From positions 36,637 to 100,636 of the forward strand of contig JBBILB010000001.1 in NCBI GenBank assembly GCA_037445145.1: DNA of 64,000 nucleotides. Reading direction: 5' to 3'. The position numbers and the translations under genes were made by a program. This stretch comes from Candidatus Woesearchaeota archaeon (GTDB taxonomy: Archaea > Nanobdellota > Nanobdellia > Woesearchaeales > ARS49). Below, one piece after another: positions 48,395-58,163 of the stretch; the first letter of the stretch is position 1; the number at the start of each line of letters is the position of its first letter. Under the pieces are notes generated by a model. It ran no database searches. It was given only the letters and a program-made list of their open reading frames with translations, and was not told where the DNA came from.

Positions 48395-48473
48395 ATTATC
48401 CCGACAGAATTAAACCAGACGATGCTGGCTCAACCCTCTGTCGCCCAAACGCAACGCTTGGACTCGGGCTAAT
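48395..48473 (-). promoter_or_regulatory. Structured 5' leader of the rps13-rps4-rps11-rpo3 operon (candidate ribosomal-protein leader)
   Basis: Three-helix junction between TTTATAAA (48497-48504) and the ATG at 48384. Confidence 0.55.
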
Positions 48474-48600
48474 ATTTCGGAAAAGAACGCAGTCCCTTTA
48501 TAAAGCTTGCGGGAAAACAGTTTGTGGTTGGTTTTTATGCTTAAGCGCACAATTATTAGGATAGTTTTTTAAAGAATGCAAATGAGAATTATCTTATCAC

Positions 48601-48672
48601 GGCGACCTTAGTATAGTGGTAGTACGGGGGACTGTGGCTCCCCAAGCCCGGGTCCGATTCCCGGAGGTCGCC
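48601..48672 (+). tRNA. tRNA-His(GTG) with encoded G-1
   Basis: G-GCGACCT/AGGTCGC-C acceptor stem, anticodon loop CTGTGGC, T-loop TCCGATT. Confidence 0.9.
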
Positions 48673-48735
48673 TCAGCGACTGACGGACCAGCCAATGAGC
48701 GAAAGCGAAATTGGCGCTGCCCGGAGGTCGCCTCA
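48660..48735. repeat. 16-bp direct repeat of the tRNA-His 3' end flanking a palindromic insert
   Basis: CCCGGAGGTCGCCTCA at 48660-48675 and 48720-48735. Confidence 0.85.
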
Positions 48736-49242
48736 TAATCTTTTTTCCTTTAAATGCTGGAAGTGCTTGATGACGTACGGAAAGACAAATGCTGCTACGT
48801 ATGTTATGCTTATTCCGAGCGGGTTGTGGGCTTGTGTTGGTAGTTGCAAAAGTATTTCCAGCCTGTTTGAGAAATAGGCAATGATGTAGACGTTTATCAA
48901 AGCCAGTGCTGGTATGAATGCTCCTGCAATGATGTGCTGTCCTTCATTCAGTTTTTCTATGTAGCCGATTATTACGTTGAACAACAGCCCGAACGTGACT
49001 CCGACTGCGCTTATTGTTGCGTAAAGCCCGATGCCTTCAAGCAGTAAAAGAAAAGGCACCAGAACAACGCTTATTATGAAGTTGCCGAGTATTGCAACAA
49101 GCAGTGCTGCCCAGAATACTGATTGTTCAATAAAACGGATTGATGCTGTTTTGGAGGCCTCTGCACGGGCAATGATTTCTGCTGTTTTTTTGGCTTCGGC
49201 TTTTCCCCAGCCTTTTTCCCTCAGCATTGCTTCGGCGTCCAT
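48733..49242 (-). CDS. Hypothetical 4-TM membrane protein
   Basis: N-terminal LREKGW motif followed by four hydrophobic segments; in an operon with nac. Confidence 0.75.
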   Translation of the reverse strand: MDAEAMLREKGWGKAEAKKTAEIIARAEASKTASIRFIEQSVFWAALLVAILGNFIISVVLVPFLLLLEGIGLYATISAVGVTFGLLFNVIIGYIEKLNEGQHIIAGAFIPALALINVYIIAYFSNRLEILLQLPTQAHNPLGISITYVAAFVFPYVIKHFQHLKEKRL

Positions 49243-49246
49243 AAGC

Positions 49247-49711
49247 TCACTTTGTTTCTACCATCTGCTCTATTATTGACAGGAACTCTTTTGTTTTGTG
49301 GAAGTAATCGCTTATTATGTCTATCGTTATTTCAACGTGGTTTGTGTCAAACGCTGCCTTCATTGTGACGTGCCTGCGGTATTCCTGAGCGCGGTCAAAA
49401 GGCGCCTTGTCAAGCTTTCTTAGAAGAAGGTAGAATTTGATATAGTGCTTTATGTGGGCATCATCCGGGTATGCCTTTTTCAGCGCCTCAACCTTTAGGC
49501 GGGGCAGGGTTGGCACTGCAGGTATCTTGTTTTGCTTTTTTGCAAGGTGCAGTAAAGCATCAATTGCTGCGTCAAGTGTTGCTATCAGGCGCTCGATTAT
49601 GCTTTTCAGGACGTCAACTGTCCGAGTGTATTTGAGGCTTACGTAGATGAGATGGTCTGCCCTTTTCAATTCCTGCCTGGCACGTTCAAGTGCTTCGCGC
49701 GTATTTGTCAT
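49247..49711 (-). CDS. Conserved hypothetical protein (HEPN-like helical pattern)
   Basis: ELKRADHLIYVSLKYTRTVDV, EYRRHVTM; translationally coupled to nac. Confidence 0.7.
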   Translation of the reverse strand: MTNTREALERARQELKRADHLIYVSLKYTRTVDVLKSIIERLIATLDAAIDALLHLAKKQNKIPAVPTLPRLKVEALKKAYPDDAHIKHYIKFYLLLRKLDKAPFDRAQEYRRHVTMKAAFDTNHVEITIDIISDYFHKTKEFLSIIEQMVETK

Positions 49712-50043
49712 GCCTTGCTTAACTCTAGGATGGTTTCGGCAAGGTCTCCTTTGTGCTTCTTGATCGCATCAAGTGCTGTCTCACGATCGACTTTTGCCTG
49801 CTCCATCACCGTCTTTATGTCTTCCTCACTTATTGCTGGTTCCCGAAGTTTTTCTTCGGGCTGTCCTATGATCTGGAAGGATATTTGTCCCATTGCGTTG
49901 ATTTTGGTGACCTGTGGGTCGCTGAAGACAATGTCCTTGTCAGGAAGCCTCATTATGACTTCATGTACTTCCAGCTCTTCCTGATGTATGCCCAGGCGCT
50001 TCATCGCCTTGGCCAAATCCTTGGGGTTCATTCCTGGAAACAT
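49708..50043 (-). CDS. nac: Nascent polypeptide-associated complex protein
   Basis: MNPK...MKRLGI, PQVT, FQIIG, UBA-like EEDIKTVMEQA...GDLAETI. Confidence 0.93.
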   Translation of the reverse strand: MFPGMNPKDLAKAMKRLGIHQEELEVHEVIMRLPDKDIVFSDPQVTKINAMGQISFQIIGQPEEKLREPAISEEDIKTVMEQAKVDRETALDAIKKHKGDLAETILELSKA

Positions 50044-50048
50044 ATTCT

Positions 50049-50222
50049 CTAACCGAGCATTGCGCTTCCGTACACGTTCAAAAGAATGACCACGAGCATC
50101 ACGAGAACTGCCAGCACTATCACATATGCCGGCTTGATTTCGATTTTGCTCCTGTAGTCCTCAAAATATCTTGTCAGTCCTGCTGTAGATGCCGGCATTG
50201 ACACGCGGTTTTTGTCAGCCAT
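50049..50222 (-). CDS. secG: Preprotein translocase subunit Sec61beta/SecG
   Basis: MPASTAGLTRYFED..SKIEIKP followed by one TM segment. Confidence 0.9.
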   Translation of the reverse strand: MADKNRVSMPASTAGLTRYFEDYRSKIEIKPAYVIVLAVLVMLVVILLNVYGSAMLG

Positions 50223-50277
50223 TTTCCAATTCTCCAACTTTTCCGGTTTGCCGTATTTCCGGTTTAACGACAAAGTG

Positions 50278-50674
50278 CGGGTTGGGCCCGCATAAGCTTC
50301 CTTTTGTCCGCCTCCAACAAACTCGATATCACCGAGTTCCGAGGTTATGCGCCTCGTGGACAGGCGGTTTTGGCATTCTACTGAGCGCGGGAAATTCCCG
50401 CTTGCACCAGCCAGTTCCTCGCCGTTTCACCCATTCCCAAGAGAACGTCAGCCGGTTAGCTCATTCCTGTCACCAGGAACTTCTCAGGCATCATCCTCCT
50501 CGTGGGCGGTCTCGTTTCTGTGCGGTTTGCCATCCATTACTGGATCTCCCTTTCGGGAGTGGCACTTTGCCCATAGGCTCGCAAAAGCCAATGGGCGGTG
50601 GGAAGACTTTCCTCAGCGAATACTCGGCGCCATGCCAAAGCATTCACCGACAGCCAAAAGTCGGTCCCAACCCG
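50278..50674 (-). ncRNA. rnpB: RNase P RNA
   Basis: Minus strand contains GAGGAAAGTC (CR-I), ACAGAAAC, GGTGAAACGGC and ACAAAAGGAAGCTTAT (CR-V); P1 pairs the 5' CGGGTTGGG with the 3' CCCAACCCG; TTTATAAA upstream. Confidence 0.92.
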
Positions 50675-50728
50675 TTATTAGTAGTGACACCCTTATTTAT
50701 AAATGTATCGCGCTTATATCGAGAATTC

Positions 50729-51669
50729 TGTTATCACGAGACTGGTTCGCATCCCGAAACTAGTTCATTCCATACTTCTGATGGAGTACGATAGCCGAGG
50801 CTCATATGGAGCCTCTTCTTATTGTAGTGCGTAATGTAGTGTTTGAGGCTGCTGAAGCTTCCTGTGGTGTATTCTGTCTTGTAGGTCTCAAACCAGCGTT
50901 CTACCTTATCATTGGTTGCGGGCGTTTGATGCGGGCAATGTAGTACTTGATGCCCATTGCATCAAGCGCTATTTGGTATGCGTTCAGTTGGAGGATTCCT
51001 TTGTTATCAGGGGTGTTATTGTAGTAGCTGCTGCCATAGTCTGTCAACGCTTTTGGGCTTGCAGTATTCGGCAATCCCTGCCTTAAGCAAGGCAAGGCTG
51101 TTTTCTGTGGTTGTTTTCGGGAACACACCGCAACTTGTTATACGGCGTGTTCTGTCGTCGATGTATACGCTGATGTTTTTGCTTGAGAACGGGTCGTAGC
51201 TCCAGTCGGTATGTGCCATAAGTCGTTTGGGTTTGGAAGTTCGTACCGAACCCACTTACGTGGCTTTTGCTTCTTTATATTCGGAAGTTGAAGGTTGTTT
51301 CTGACGAGCAACTTCTCAATCTGCCTGTGGCTTATTGAGAAGCTGCGCTTGCGGAGAATCTGGTCGATATGGTATGCACCGTATCCAAAACGTTTTCTTA
51401 AATCGAAAATAGCTATTTCTGCATTTGGATTCAGAACGACTTCAGGTCGTCCTGTTTTGTGATCCTTAAGTCCCTCGAATCCAAATGCGTGATAGATGCG
51501 CACGAGCTTTTGTACAGCTCTGGGCGTCACTTTTTGGCTTAATGCAATTTTTGCCGTAGAAGCACCGTTCAGGTATTGCTTCAATATCCAGACTCTTTTC
51601 TCAAACGTTAGTTTGTACATAAGACCACACCTAGGGTGGTCTCACCTACGAATTAATAACGTGATAGCA
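50729..51669 (-). mobile_element. Decayed IS481-family-like insertion sequence
   Basis: Imperfect terminal inverted repeats TGTTATCACGagactggTTCG and TGCTATCACGttattaaTTCG enclosing a DDE transposase. Confidence 0.75.
50733..51620 (-). pseudogene. Frameshifted DDE (rve) transposase
   Basis: HTH N-terminus, PNDLWH|TDW, YIDDRTR, TDYG, VERWFETYK, HYN..RLHMSLGYRTP split across several frames. Confidence 0.8.
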
Positions 51670-51674
51670 CACAT

Positions 51675-52718
51675 TTATATCGAGAATACCAGGATTTTCC
51701 ACTCTTCCTTTCCCTGCCTGATTGTCCTTTCGTGCTCTAGAATAAATCCTTTTGCGGCTTCCTTGTATTCCTCTGCGCCCTGCCTTAAGACAAGACTGAT
51801 TTTGCCGTTTTTCTTCAAAATTGCCTTGGCTCTCTCAAAGAAAAGTGAGGCCTGCTTCCTGAATTTCTCTAAAGGAAATGTTTTTGCCAATTCAACCGGC
51901 TGTGTCACAATGCAGTCAACAGATTCTTTTTCAAACTTTATGTCAAGCCAGTCTACAGAAGTCCTTGAGAAATCAATTGCTTTCACAACACCTGCTATTT
52001 TTGCGTTCTTTCTTGCTGCCTGCACTGACGGGAACTGGTCTGAAATTGCAATAATCCACCCTGCCTTGTCTTTAATTGCCGAGTCCTGTTCCTTGTAAAA
52101 CTTGTCAAAATCGAAGTCTTTGAATACTTTTGCAAGGGGCATTTTGTCTTTTGAATAATACCGCACTGGCATGCCTAATGCGTGCAGTGCTGCTTCTATG
52201 ACTATGCTTCCTGCCCTGCAGTTTGGGTCAAGGAGTGTTTTTTTGCCGTCGTATCCTGCAAGCTTCAGGGCTGCGAATGAGGTAATCCCTGTGATTGTTT
52301 CCCTGCCTACAAAAATCCTGTAGTCGCGCTTTGAAATGTCTCCTGTAAGGTCTATGCCAAGCCAGCAATAATCATCCTCAAAGTGCAAATAAAACGGAAT
52401 GTCTGCGTTCTTGTATACCTTGTTTGCCTTTATTTGCTCAGAAAGTTCGTTGGCTTTTGTTGTTGTCTTGCCATTGATTGATATTGTGCCTTTCAAATAC
52501 TGCGCGGGTATGCTTAGCTCGTTAATCTTGCCCTCGCTAACAATTAGAATCACCCTGCAAGCTGTTTGTGCGCGGTAACAAACGGCAAAAATTTTCTCAA
52601 GTTCTGCTTCAAAAATAACCCCTTCTGCTGTTTGTTTTCCTGTTATGCCTGTTAGTTCCTTTATTTCTTCAGAACAAAGGTCAGAAAGCCCTGGTAAAGT
52701 AATAGCGAGCGCATTCAT
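51675..52718 (-). CDS. THUMP-domain RNA methyltransferase-like protein (RlmL/Trm14 type) with degenerate SAM motifs
   Basis: T.PGL...[50 protein letters not shown]. Confidence 0.8.
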   Translation of the reverse strand: MNALAITLPGLSDLCSEEIKELTGITGKQTAEGVIFEAELEKIFAVCYRAQTACRVILIVSEGKINELSIPAQYLKGTISINGKTTTKANELSEQIKANKVYKNADIPFYLHFEDDYCWLGIDLTGDISKRDYRIFVGRETITGITSFAALKLAGYDGKKTLLDPNCRAGSIVIEAALHALGMPVRYYSKDKMPLAKVFKDFDFDKFYKEQDSAIKDKAGWIIAISDQFPSVQAARKNAKIAGVVKAIDFSRTSVDWLDIKFEKESVDCIVTQPVELAKTFPLEKFRKQASLFFERAKAILKKNGKISLVLRQGAEEYKEAAKGFILEHERTIRQGKEEWKILVFSI

Positions 52719-55180
52719 TGTGCTCCATTGCCGTTTTCTTTTTCCTGCACGACTGCAACGCTCGTGACCTTGTCTCCTTCTGCAAGCTTGATTATCCTGA
52801 CTCCCTGCGTGTTCCTTCCGATTACAGAAATCTGGTTTGCTGGCACACGTATTGCTATTCCGCTTTGCGTTATCAAAAGCAGCTGGTCATCGTCTTTCAC
52901 TGTCTTTATTGCAACCGCCTTGCCGTTCTTGTCTGTAACCTTGATGTTTATGACTCCAACCCCGCCGCGCCTTATTGTGCTGTATTCCTCAAATGCGCTC
53001 CTTTTTCCGTAACCGAGCTCTGTGACAGTCAGCAAGGTCTTTTCCTTTTGCGCAAGCACTGCCCCAATGACTTCGTCTTTCTCCCGCAACCTTATTCCAA
53101 TGACTCCTTGCGCAGTGCGTCCCATTGGCCTTACGTCTGCTTCGTTGAACCTTATTGCGTTTCCGTTCCTTGTTGCGATAATGATGTCCTGCTTTCCGTC
53201 TGTGAGCTCAACTGCCATTAATTCATCACCTTCTGTGAGGGTGACTGCGATTATTCCCCCCTTGCGCGGGTTTGAGAATTCTGAAAGGGGTGTTTTCTTT
53301 ACTGTTCCCCGTTTTGTCACGAGGAAAAGGAATTTGTCTTCTAAGAATTTTTTTACAGGCACGCAGGTTGCGACTTTTTCGCCCTGCGCAAGCTCGAGCA
53401 GGTTGACTATTGCTGTTCCTTTTGCATACCTTCCTGCTTCTGGAATCTGGTAGACCTTGAGCCAGTGCACCTTGCCAAGGTTTGTGAACAAGAGCAGATA
53501 ATCGTGGGTGTTTGCTATGAAAAGGTCCTCTACAAAATCCTCTTCTTTTGTTTCTGCTGCAATGACTCCTTTTCCACCCCTTCTTTGCGCCTGGTAAGTA
53601 TCAACAGGCAATCTTTTGACATATCCGGCGTGAGTGAGCGTGACAACCATGTCTTCCGGCTTTACCAGGTGCTCTTCCTCGATGGCGGCTGCTTCTGTCT
53701 GTATGACTTGTGTCCTTCTGTTGTCGCCGTAGTTCTTTGCAAGCTCAAGCATTTCGTTCTTGATTATGTTCAGAATCTTCTGCGGGTCTGTAAGTATGCC
53801 TTTCAGTTCAGCAATCAGCTTCAGCAGTCCTGCGTGCTCTTCTTTTATCTTGTTCTGCTCAAGGGAGGTGAGCCTTGACAATTTCATTTCAAGTATTGCC
53901 TGCGCCTGTTTTTCAGAAAGCTTGTAATCAGCCATCAGTCCTGTCTTTGCTGCAACAGCATCCTTGCTCTTTTTCAAAAAAGTGATTATTGGGTCAATGT
54001 TGTTCAGGGCAACTATCAATCCTTCGAGAATGTGCGCCTTGTCCTCTGCTTCTTTGAGCTCAAATGCTGTCCTTCTGCGCACAACTTCCTGCCTGTGCAG
54101 CACGAATTTCTCAATAAGAGTCTTAAGGGGCATTATTTGGGGCTCGTTTTCGTCAAGTGCGAGCATTATGATTCCGAAAGTTACCTGCAAACGGGAGTGC
54201 TGGAATAACTGGTTCAGGACGATGTCAGAATTTGCTCCTGTCTTCAATTCTATGACTATGCGCATTCCTTCCCTGTCTGATTCGTCCCTTAAATCTGAAA
54301 TGCCCTGTATTTTCTTGTCTTTCACGAGTTCTGCGATTTCTTCTATGAGCTGTGCCTTGTTTACCTGGTATGGTATTTCTGTGACGATGATGCGCTGCCT
54401 TTGCCTGTAGTCTTCGATGCTTGTCCTTGCCCGTACTGTTATTTTTCCCCTTCCTGTCGTGTATGCCTCTTTTATGCCTGAGGTCCCCATTATGATTCCG
54501 CCTGTTGGAAAGTCAGGGGCTGGAATGTTAATCATCAGGTCCTCCACAGTGCAGGTTGGGTGGTCAATAAAGTGCGCTACTGCTCCGCAAACCTCTTTCA
54601 AATTGTGAGGGGGAATGTTTGTTGCCATTCCGACTGCAATTCCTGCTGAGCCGTTAATGAGCAAATTTGGAACCTTGCTCGGCAGTACAGAAGGCTCTTT
54701 CAGCGAGCCGTCATAGTTTGGCACAAAATCAACAGTTTCCTTGTCAATGTCCTGCAGTATTTCCTCTGCAATCTTCTTCAGGCGGGCTTCGGTATAACGC
54801 ATTGCCGCAGCGTTATCGCCGTCAATGCTTCCGAAATTTCCCTGTCCGTCAACAAGCACGTACCTGAGCGAAAAATCCTGTGCCATCCTTACGAGCGTGT
54901 CATAGATCGCTGCGTCTCCGTGCGGGTGGTATTTGCCCATCACGTCTCCAACAATGCGCGCGCACTTCTTGAACGGCTTGTTGTGGAGCATTCCCATTTC
55001 ATACATTCCGTAAAGGACGCGCCTGTGAACCGGCTTAAGGCCGTCGCGAACATCTGGCAAAGCTCTTCCAACTATAACAGACATGGAATAATCTAGGTAA
55101 GACTTCTTCATCTCATCTTCAATCACCCTTACAACAATCCTGTTTGCGGGTGTCTTGACCGGCTCACTAGCTTCTGCCAT
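52715..55180 (-). CDS. gyrA: DNA gyrase subunit A
   Basis: [36 protein letters not shown] (catalytic Tyr), GyrA-box QRRGGKG, C-terminal pinwheel repeats. Confidence 0.97.
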   Translation of the reverse strand: MAEASEPVKTPANRIVVRVIEDEMKKSYLDYSMSVIVGRALPDVRDGLKPVHRRVLYGMYEMGMLHNKPFKKCARIVGDVMGKYHPHGDAAIYDTLVRMAQDFSLRYVLVDGQGNFGSIDGDNAAAMRYTEARLKKIAEEILQDIDKETVDFVPNYDGSLKEPSVLPSKVPNLLINGSAGIAVGMATNIPPHNLKEVCGAVAHFIDHPTCTVEDLMINIPAPDFPTGGIIMGTSGIKEAYTTGRGKITVRARTSIEDYRQRQRIIVTEIPYQVNKAQLIEEIAELVKDKKIQGISDLRDESDREGMRIVIELKTGANSDIVLNQLFQHSRLQVTFGIIMLALDENEPQIMPLKTLIEKFVLHRQEVVRRRTAFELKEAEDKAHILEGLIVALNNIDPIITFLKKSKDAVAAKTGLMADYKLSEKQAQAILEMKLSRLTSLEQNKIKEEHAGLLKLIAELKGILTDPQKILNIIKNEMLELAKNYGDNRRTQVIQTEAAAIEEEHLVKPEDMVVTLTHAGYVKRLPVDTYQAQRRGGKGVIAAETKEEDFVEDLFIANTHDYLLLFTNLGKVHWLKVYQIPEAGRYAKGTAIVNLLELAQGEKVATCVPVKKFLEDKFLFLVTKRGTVKKTPLSEFSNPRKGGIIAVTLTEGDELMAVELTDGKQDIIIATRNGNAIRFNEADVRPMGRTAQGVIGIRLREKDEVIGAVLAQKEKTLLTVTELGYGKRSAFEEYSTIRRGGVGVINIKVTDKNGKAVAIKTVKDDDQLLLITQSGIAIRVPANQISVIGRNTQGVRIIKLAEGDKVTSVAVVQEKENGNGAQ

Positions 55181-55313
55181 AATTGTTCGTCGAGAAACTC
55201 CCCTTTTCTCGTCGATAAAACAGAATTGAACGCCCTTTATAAGCCTTTCTTTTCTGAAACCTGCTTATAGCCAGTATAAACTTTGTTTTTGCCGGTTTTG
55301 GCTCGACGAGGAA

Positions 55314-55463
55314 TCAGAACAACTGTTTAACTATGCTGTTTTTCACACGGAAATTCTTGCCGCAATAAACGCACTTCTTGATTTTATTCGCAAGTATGCT
55401 GTCTCGCGCCTCGTATTTCATGTGGTGTCCGCACTTTGGGCATTTAAGTTCAAAGCGTAGCAT
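55314..55463 (-). CDS. Small zinc-ribbon protein (49 aa)
   Basis: MLRFELKCPKCGH...KKCVYCGKNFRV; ATG sits directly after the scpB stop. Confidence 0.75.
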   Translation of the reverse strand: MLRFELKCPKCGHHMKYEARDSILANKIKKCVYCGKNFRVKNSIVKQLF

Positions 55464-55464
55464 T

Positions 55465-56670
55465 CTAGTGGTGTTTCTTGTGTTTTCTTGGTCCTTCTTC
55501 TGGTGATGGGGCAGGATGTTCTTCTTCAACAGGTTCTTTCTCAGCAGACTCTTCGTCATCTGCCGCTGTTTCTTCTTCTGCAACTTCCTCAACAGGTTCT
55601 TTTTCAGCAGGCTCTTCCTCAGCAGCTTCTTCTGGCGGTGCAGGGATTATTTCAGGGGGTTCTGGAAGTTCGCCTTCTTCTGGTTCTGGCTTTTCCCCTT
55701 CAACTATTTCTGCAACCCTGTGCTCTATTTTTTCCTCAACCTCTGGTGGAACCCCTTTTGGGAAAAGCCCTGTTGGCGTGTATTCTGTCTTGTGCGGCTT
55801 TTCTTTTGCTGCCTCTTTCTTTATTTTTTCAACAGTAAGTCTTCCTTCTTCCTCTATTTCCTCTTCTTCCTTTGGCGTTGGCTCAATTCCTGCTTCAGAA
55901 AGCATCCTCTCAGCCAAAGCCTCTGCTGTTTCTTCCTGTGTTTTGGGCTTTTCCTCTGCAGCATGCTTTTTGTGCTTGTGTTTTTTTGCTGGCTTTGGAG
56001 CCTCGCCATATGTTTCTAATTCACCAACTTTTGCCCCGACAACCTCTATTTCAGGCGCTAATTTTGGCAGTTCGTCTGTGAAAGGCTCAACAACAGGCTT
56101 GTTTTCTTTAGCAGCCTCAACTATTGCTTTTTGCGCCTGTTCTGCTGCTTTTTCCTTTTCCTCTATTGCCTTCTCAAGCGCTGCGACATTGCGGAATTTC
56201 TCCTTGAGCTTGTCCGGCGGAACATCAAAGTAGTCAAAGAATTTTGGCGTCAGCTTTATGAGCTTGCTTCTTCCTTTTTTCTCGCGGGTAATGTAGCCCA
56301 TTTTCTCAATTTCGTCAAGATGCCTATATGCCTTGTTTGTCCTTATCTTTATCACCTGACTTTGCATCACCGGCGCCTTGTAAGCCACAACAGCAAGTGT
56401 TTCCATCATGCTCTTGGGCAGTTCGGGTGTTGTCACGACTTTCTTGACCATTTGTATGTATTTTTCACGGACCGTGAGCTTGTACGCGCCCCCTTCCTCG
56501 ACAAGCATAAGCGAGCTTTGCTTTTCATCAAGCTCCTGCCTGAGAATATTCAGTGCTGCCCTTATTGCGTCAAGGTTTTCCTCTTTGCACAGCCTTCCGA
56601 GCTCTTCAACAGTCATTCTCTTGCCTGCTGAGAAGAGCAGTGACTCGATCTGATTCTTGAGATCACTCAT
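55465..56670 (-). CDS. scpB: SMC-Scp complex subunit ScpB with a long acidic, Pro/Glu-rich C-terminal tail
   Basis: IESLLFSAG, METLAVVAYKAPV, IRTNKAY.H, LTPKFFDYF. Confidence 0.9.
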   Translation of the reverse strand: MSDLKNQIESLLFSAGKRMTVEELGRLCKEENLDAIRAALNILRQELDEKQSSLMLVEEGGAYKLTVREKYIQMVKKVVTTPELPKSMMETLAVVAYKAPVMQSQVIKIRTNKAYRHLDEIEKMGYITREKKGRSKLIKLTPKFFDYFDVPPDKLKEKFRNVAALEKAIEEKEKAAEQAQKAIVEAAKENKPVVEPFTDELPKLAPEIEVVGAKVGELETYGEAPKPAKKHKHKKHAAEEKPKTQEETAEALAERMLSEAGIEPTPKEEEEIEEEGRLTVEKIKKEAAKEKPHKTEYTPTGLFPKGVPPEVEEKIEHRVAEIVEGEKPEPEEGELPEPPEIIPAPPEEAAEEEPAEKEPVEEVAEEETAADDEESAEKEPVEEEHPAPSPEEGPRKHKKHH

Positions 56671-57224
56671 GGTATTGAGTATTTTTCGCCTTCTTTTTTC
56701 AGCTTTTTGTCCTCGACAAGTTTGTCAAGGAATGCCTGCAGTTTTGTCGGATGGACTCCGACATAGTGCGATATTTCGCTTGCGGTATTATGCCCATGCT
56801 CGACCATTGCAACAATGAATCTCCTGAAAATGTTTGTTGCGTTCATGTCAAGTATTTGCTGCTTCATTTTTCCTGTCTTGACAATAGCGTCTGCCTCGTG
56901 CAGTCTTGCCTGCAAATCATTCAAAAACCCGTTCAGCTTGCTCAGGGGTATTGACAGTTCGCCGGGCTCAATCACCTCGACAGAGCTTGGCATGCTTTCA
57001 AAGCAGAAGTCAAGCAGGTCAGAAAGGTCGTCAAAGCGTATCTCGAGCTCGGAATAAATAGTGAAAATGTTTTCCTTTGGCTCTGCTTCTGCAATCTCTG
57101 ACTTCAGGACTTTTTGTTCTTTTTTGAGTTTTTCAATGTAGCCTCTCATCGTTTTCTCGATGTGCTCTTTTGGAGCGCCGAGCATTTCGATGATTACGCG
57201 TGCCAGAACAGGCTTGTCTGCCAT
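56667..57224 (-). CDS. Conserved hypothetical protein (ferredoxin-like domain, coiled coil, C-terminal wHTH-like segment)
   Basis: IIEMLGAPKEH, MPSSVEVIEP, LNDLQARLH; coupled to scpB by ATGA overlap. Confidence 0.75.
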   Translation of the reverse strand: MADKPVLARVIIEMLGAPKEHIEKTMRGYIEKLKKEQKVLKSEIAEAEPKENIFTIYSELEIRFDDLSDLLDFCFESMPSSVEVIEPGELSIPLSKLNGFLNDLQARLHEADAIVKTGKMKQQILDMNATNIFRRFIVAMVEHGHNTASEISHYVGVHPTKLQAFLDKLVEDKKLKKEGEKYSIP

Positions 57225-57374
57225 GCCAGGCATTCCACTTTGAAGGCTATTTATAAGTTTTGCTCACGCAAAGGCAGGACAAACACTCACAAAGGCGGTT
57301 TTGTCACCATTCTTGGATACTCATAAAAGTTTATGAAGCAAAAGAATGCGCATCACTATTCGGGTGTGGAAACA

Positions 57375-57926
57375 ATGTTCGGATTTTTGAAGAAAAAGAA
57401 AGAGCTGTCTATTCCTGAACTTCCACCGCCTCCATCTCCTCCTGCGTTTCCAATGCCAGAGGGAGACATTCCTGCAATAAGGCCTGCAGAAGGTCCTGAA
57501 GAATTGCCAGAGCTTCCTCCTGCAGAGCCCTACAAGCAAGAGGAAAAGCCGGCAGAGCTTCCTGAAGCGCCAATGCCTGAGCTTCCTGAGGCGCCTGCAG
57601 GTCCTGAAATTCCTGAGGCCTCACCTGAAGAGCCTGTTCCTGAGACCGTTGAAGCTCCTGAACCTGCTGAAAAGGCAGTTGAAATGCCTGAAACAGTGCG
57701 CAGGCCAGTAGGTCCTGCTTTTGTTGCTGTTGACGAATATAGGGCAATAATTGAGCATTCCAACAGGGTGCGTACAAAGCTTGATGAAGCAGGGGAATTT
57801 GTGCGCCGCCTTTCCGAAATTAAGTCAGAGGAGGAAAAGACGTTTGAAAAGTGGCGCTCCCAGCTTGAGGAGATTGAGCGCAGGCTCGGACAGATTGACA
57901 GGTTCATTGCAAAAGCAAAAGGGTGA
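57375..57926 (+). CDS. Hypothetical protein: MFGFLKKK N-terminus, Pro/Glu-rich linker, C-terminal coiled-coil module
   Basis: Low-complexity PE-rich region, then FVAVDEYR...EE..FEKW..LEEIERRL..ID. Confidence 0.8.
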   Translation: MFGFLKKKKELSIPELPPPPSPPAFPMPEGDIPAIRPAEGPEELPELPPAEPYKQEEKPAELPEAPMPELPEAPAGPEIPEASPEEPVPETVEAPEPAEKAVEMPETVRRPVGPAFVAVDEYRAIIEHSNRVRTKLDEAGEFVRRLSEIKSEEEKTFEKWRSQLEEIERRLGQIDRFIAKAKG

Positions 57927-57932
57927 AAAAAA

Positions 57933-58163
57933 ATGGATGATTCACGCGCACAGGTATTTGTCAAGGTAGAGGAGTACAAGGCAATCCTGGAGTTGCTTAA
58001 CAAGATAAGGGAGCGACTTAATCAAGCGCGAGCGCTTCTTGCAAGGGTCAACGAGCTTAAGCAACAGGAAGACCAGCAGATAGAGAGCTGGGCAAAGGAC
58101 ATTGACGATATTGAGGAAAGGCTGACTTCGATAAGCCAGTCTTTTAGCGAGCCACAGGTATGA
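57933..58163 (+). CDS. Small coiled-coil protein, paralog of the C-terminus of 57375-57926
   Basis: VFVKVEEYK...ED..IESW..IDDIEERL..I; GGGTGA RBS. Confidence 0.8.
   Translation: MDDSRAQVFVKVEEYKAILELLNKIRERLNQARALLARVNELKQQEDQQIESWAKDIDDIEERLTSISQSFSEPQV

Noticed and set aside
50189..50794. 201-aa and 138-aa plus-strand ORFs
   Set aside because: They are antisense to the GC-rich RNase P RNA and have no protein-like features.
55478..56233. Long Ser-rich and Phe-rich plus-strand ORFs
   Set aside because: They are antisense shadows of the Glu/Lys-rich scpB tail.
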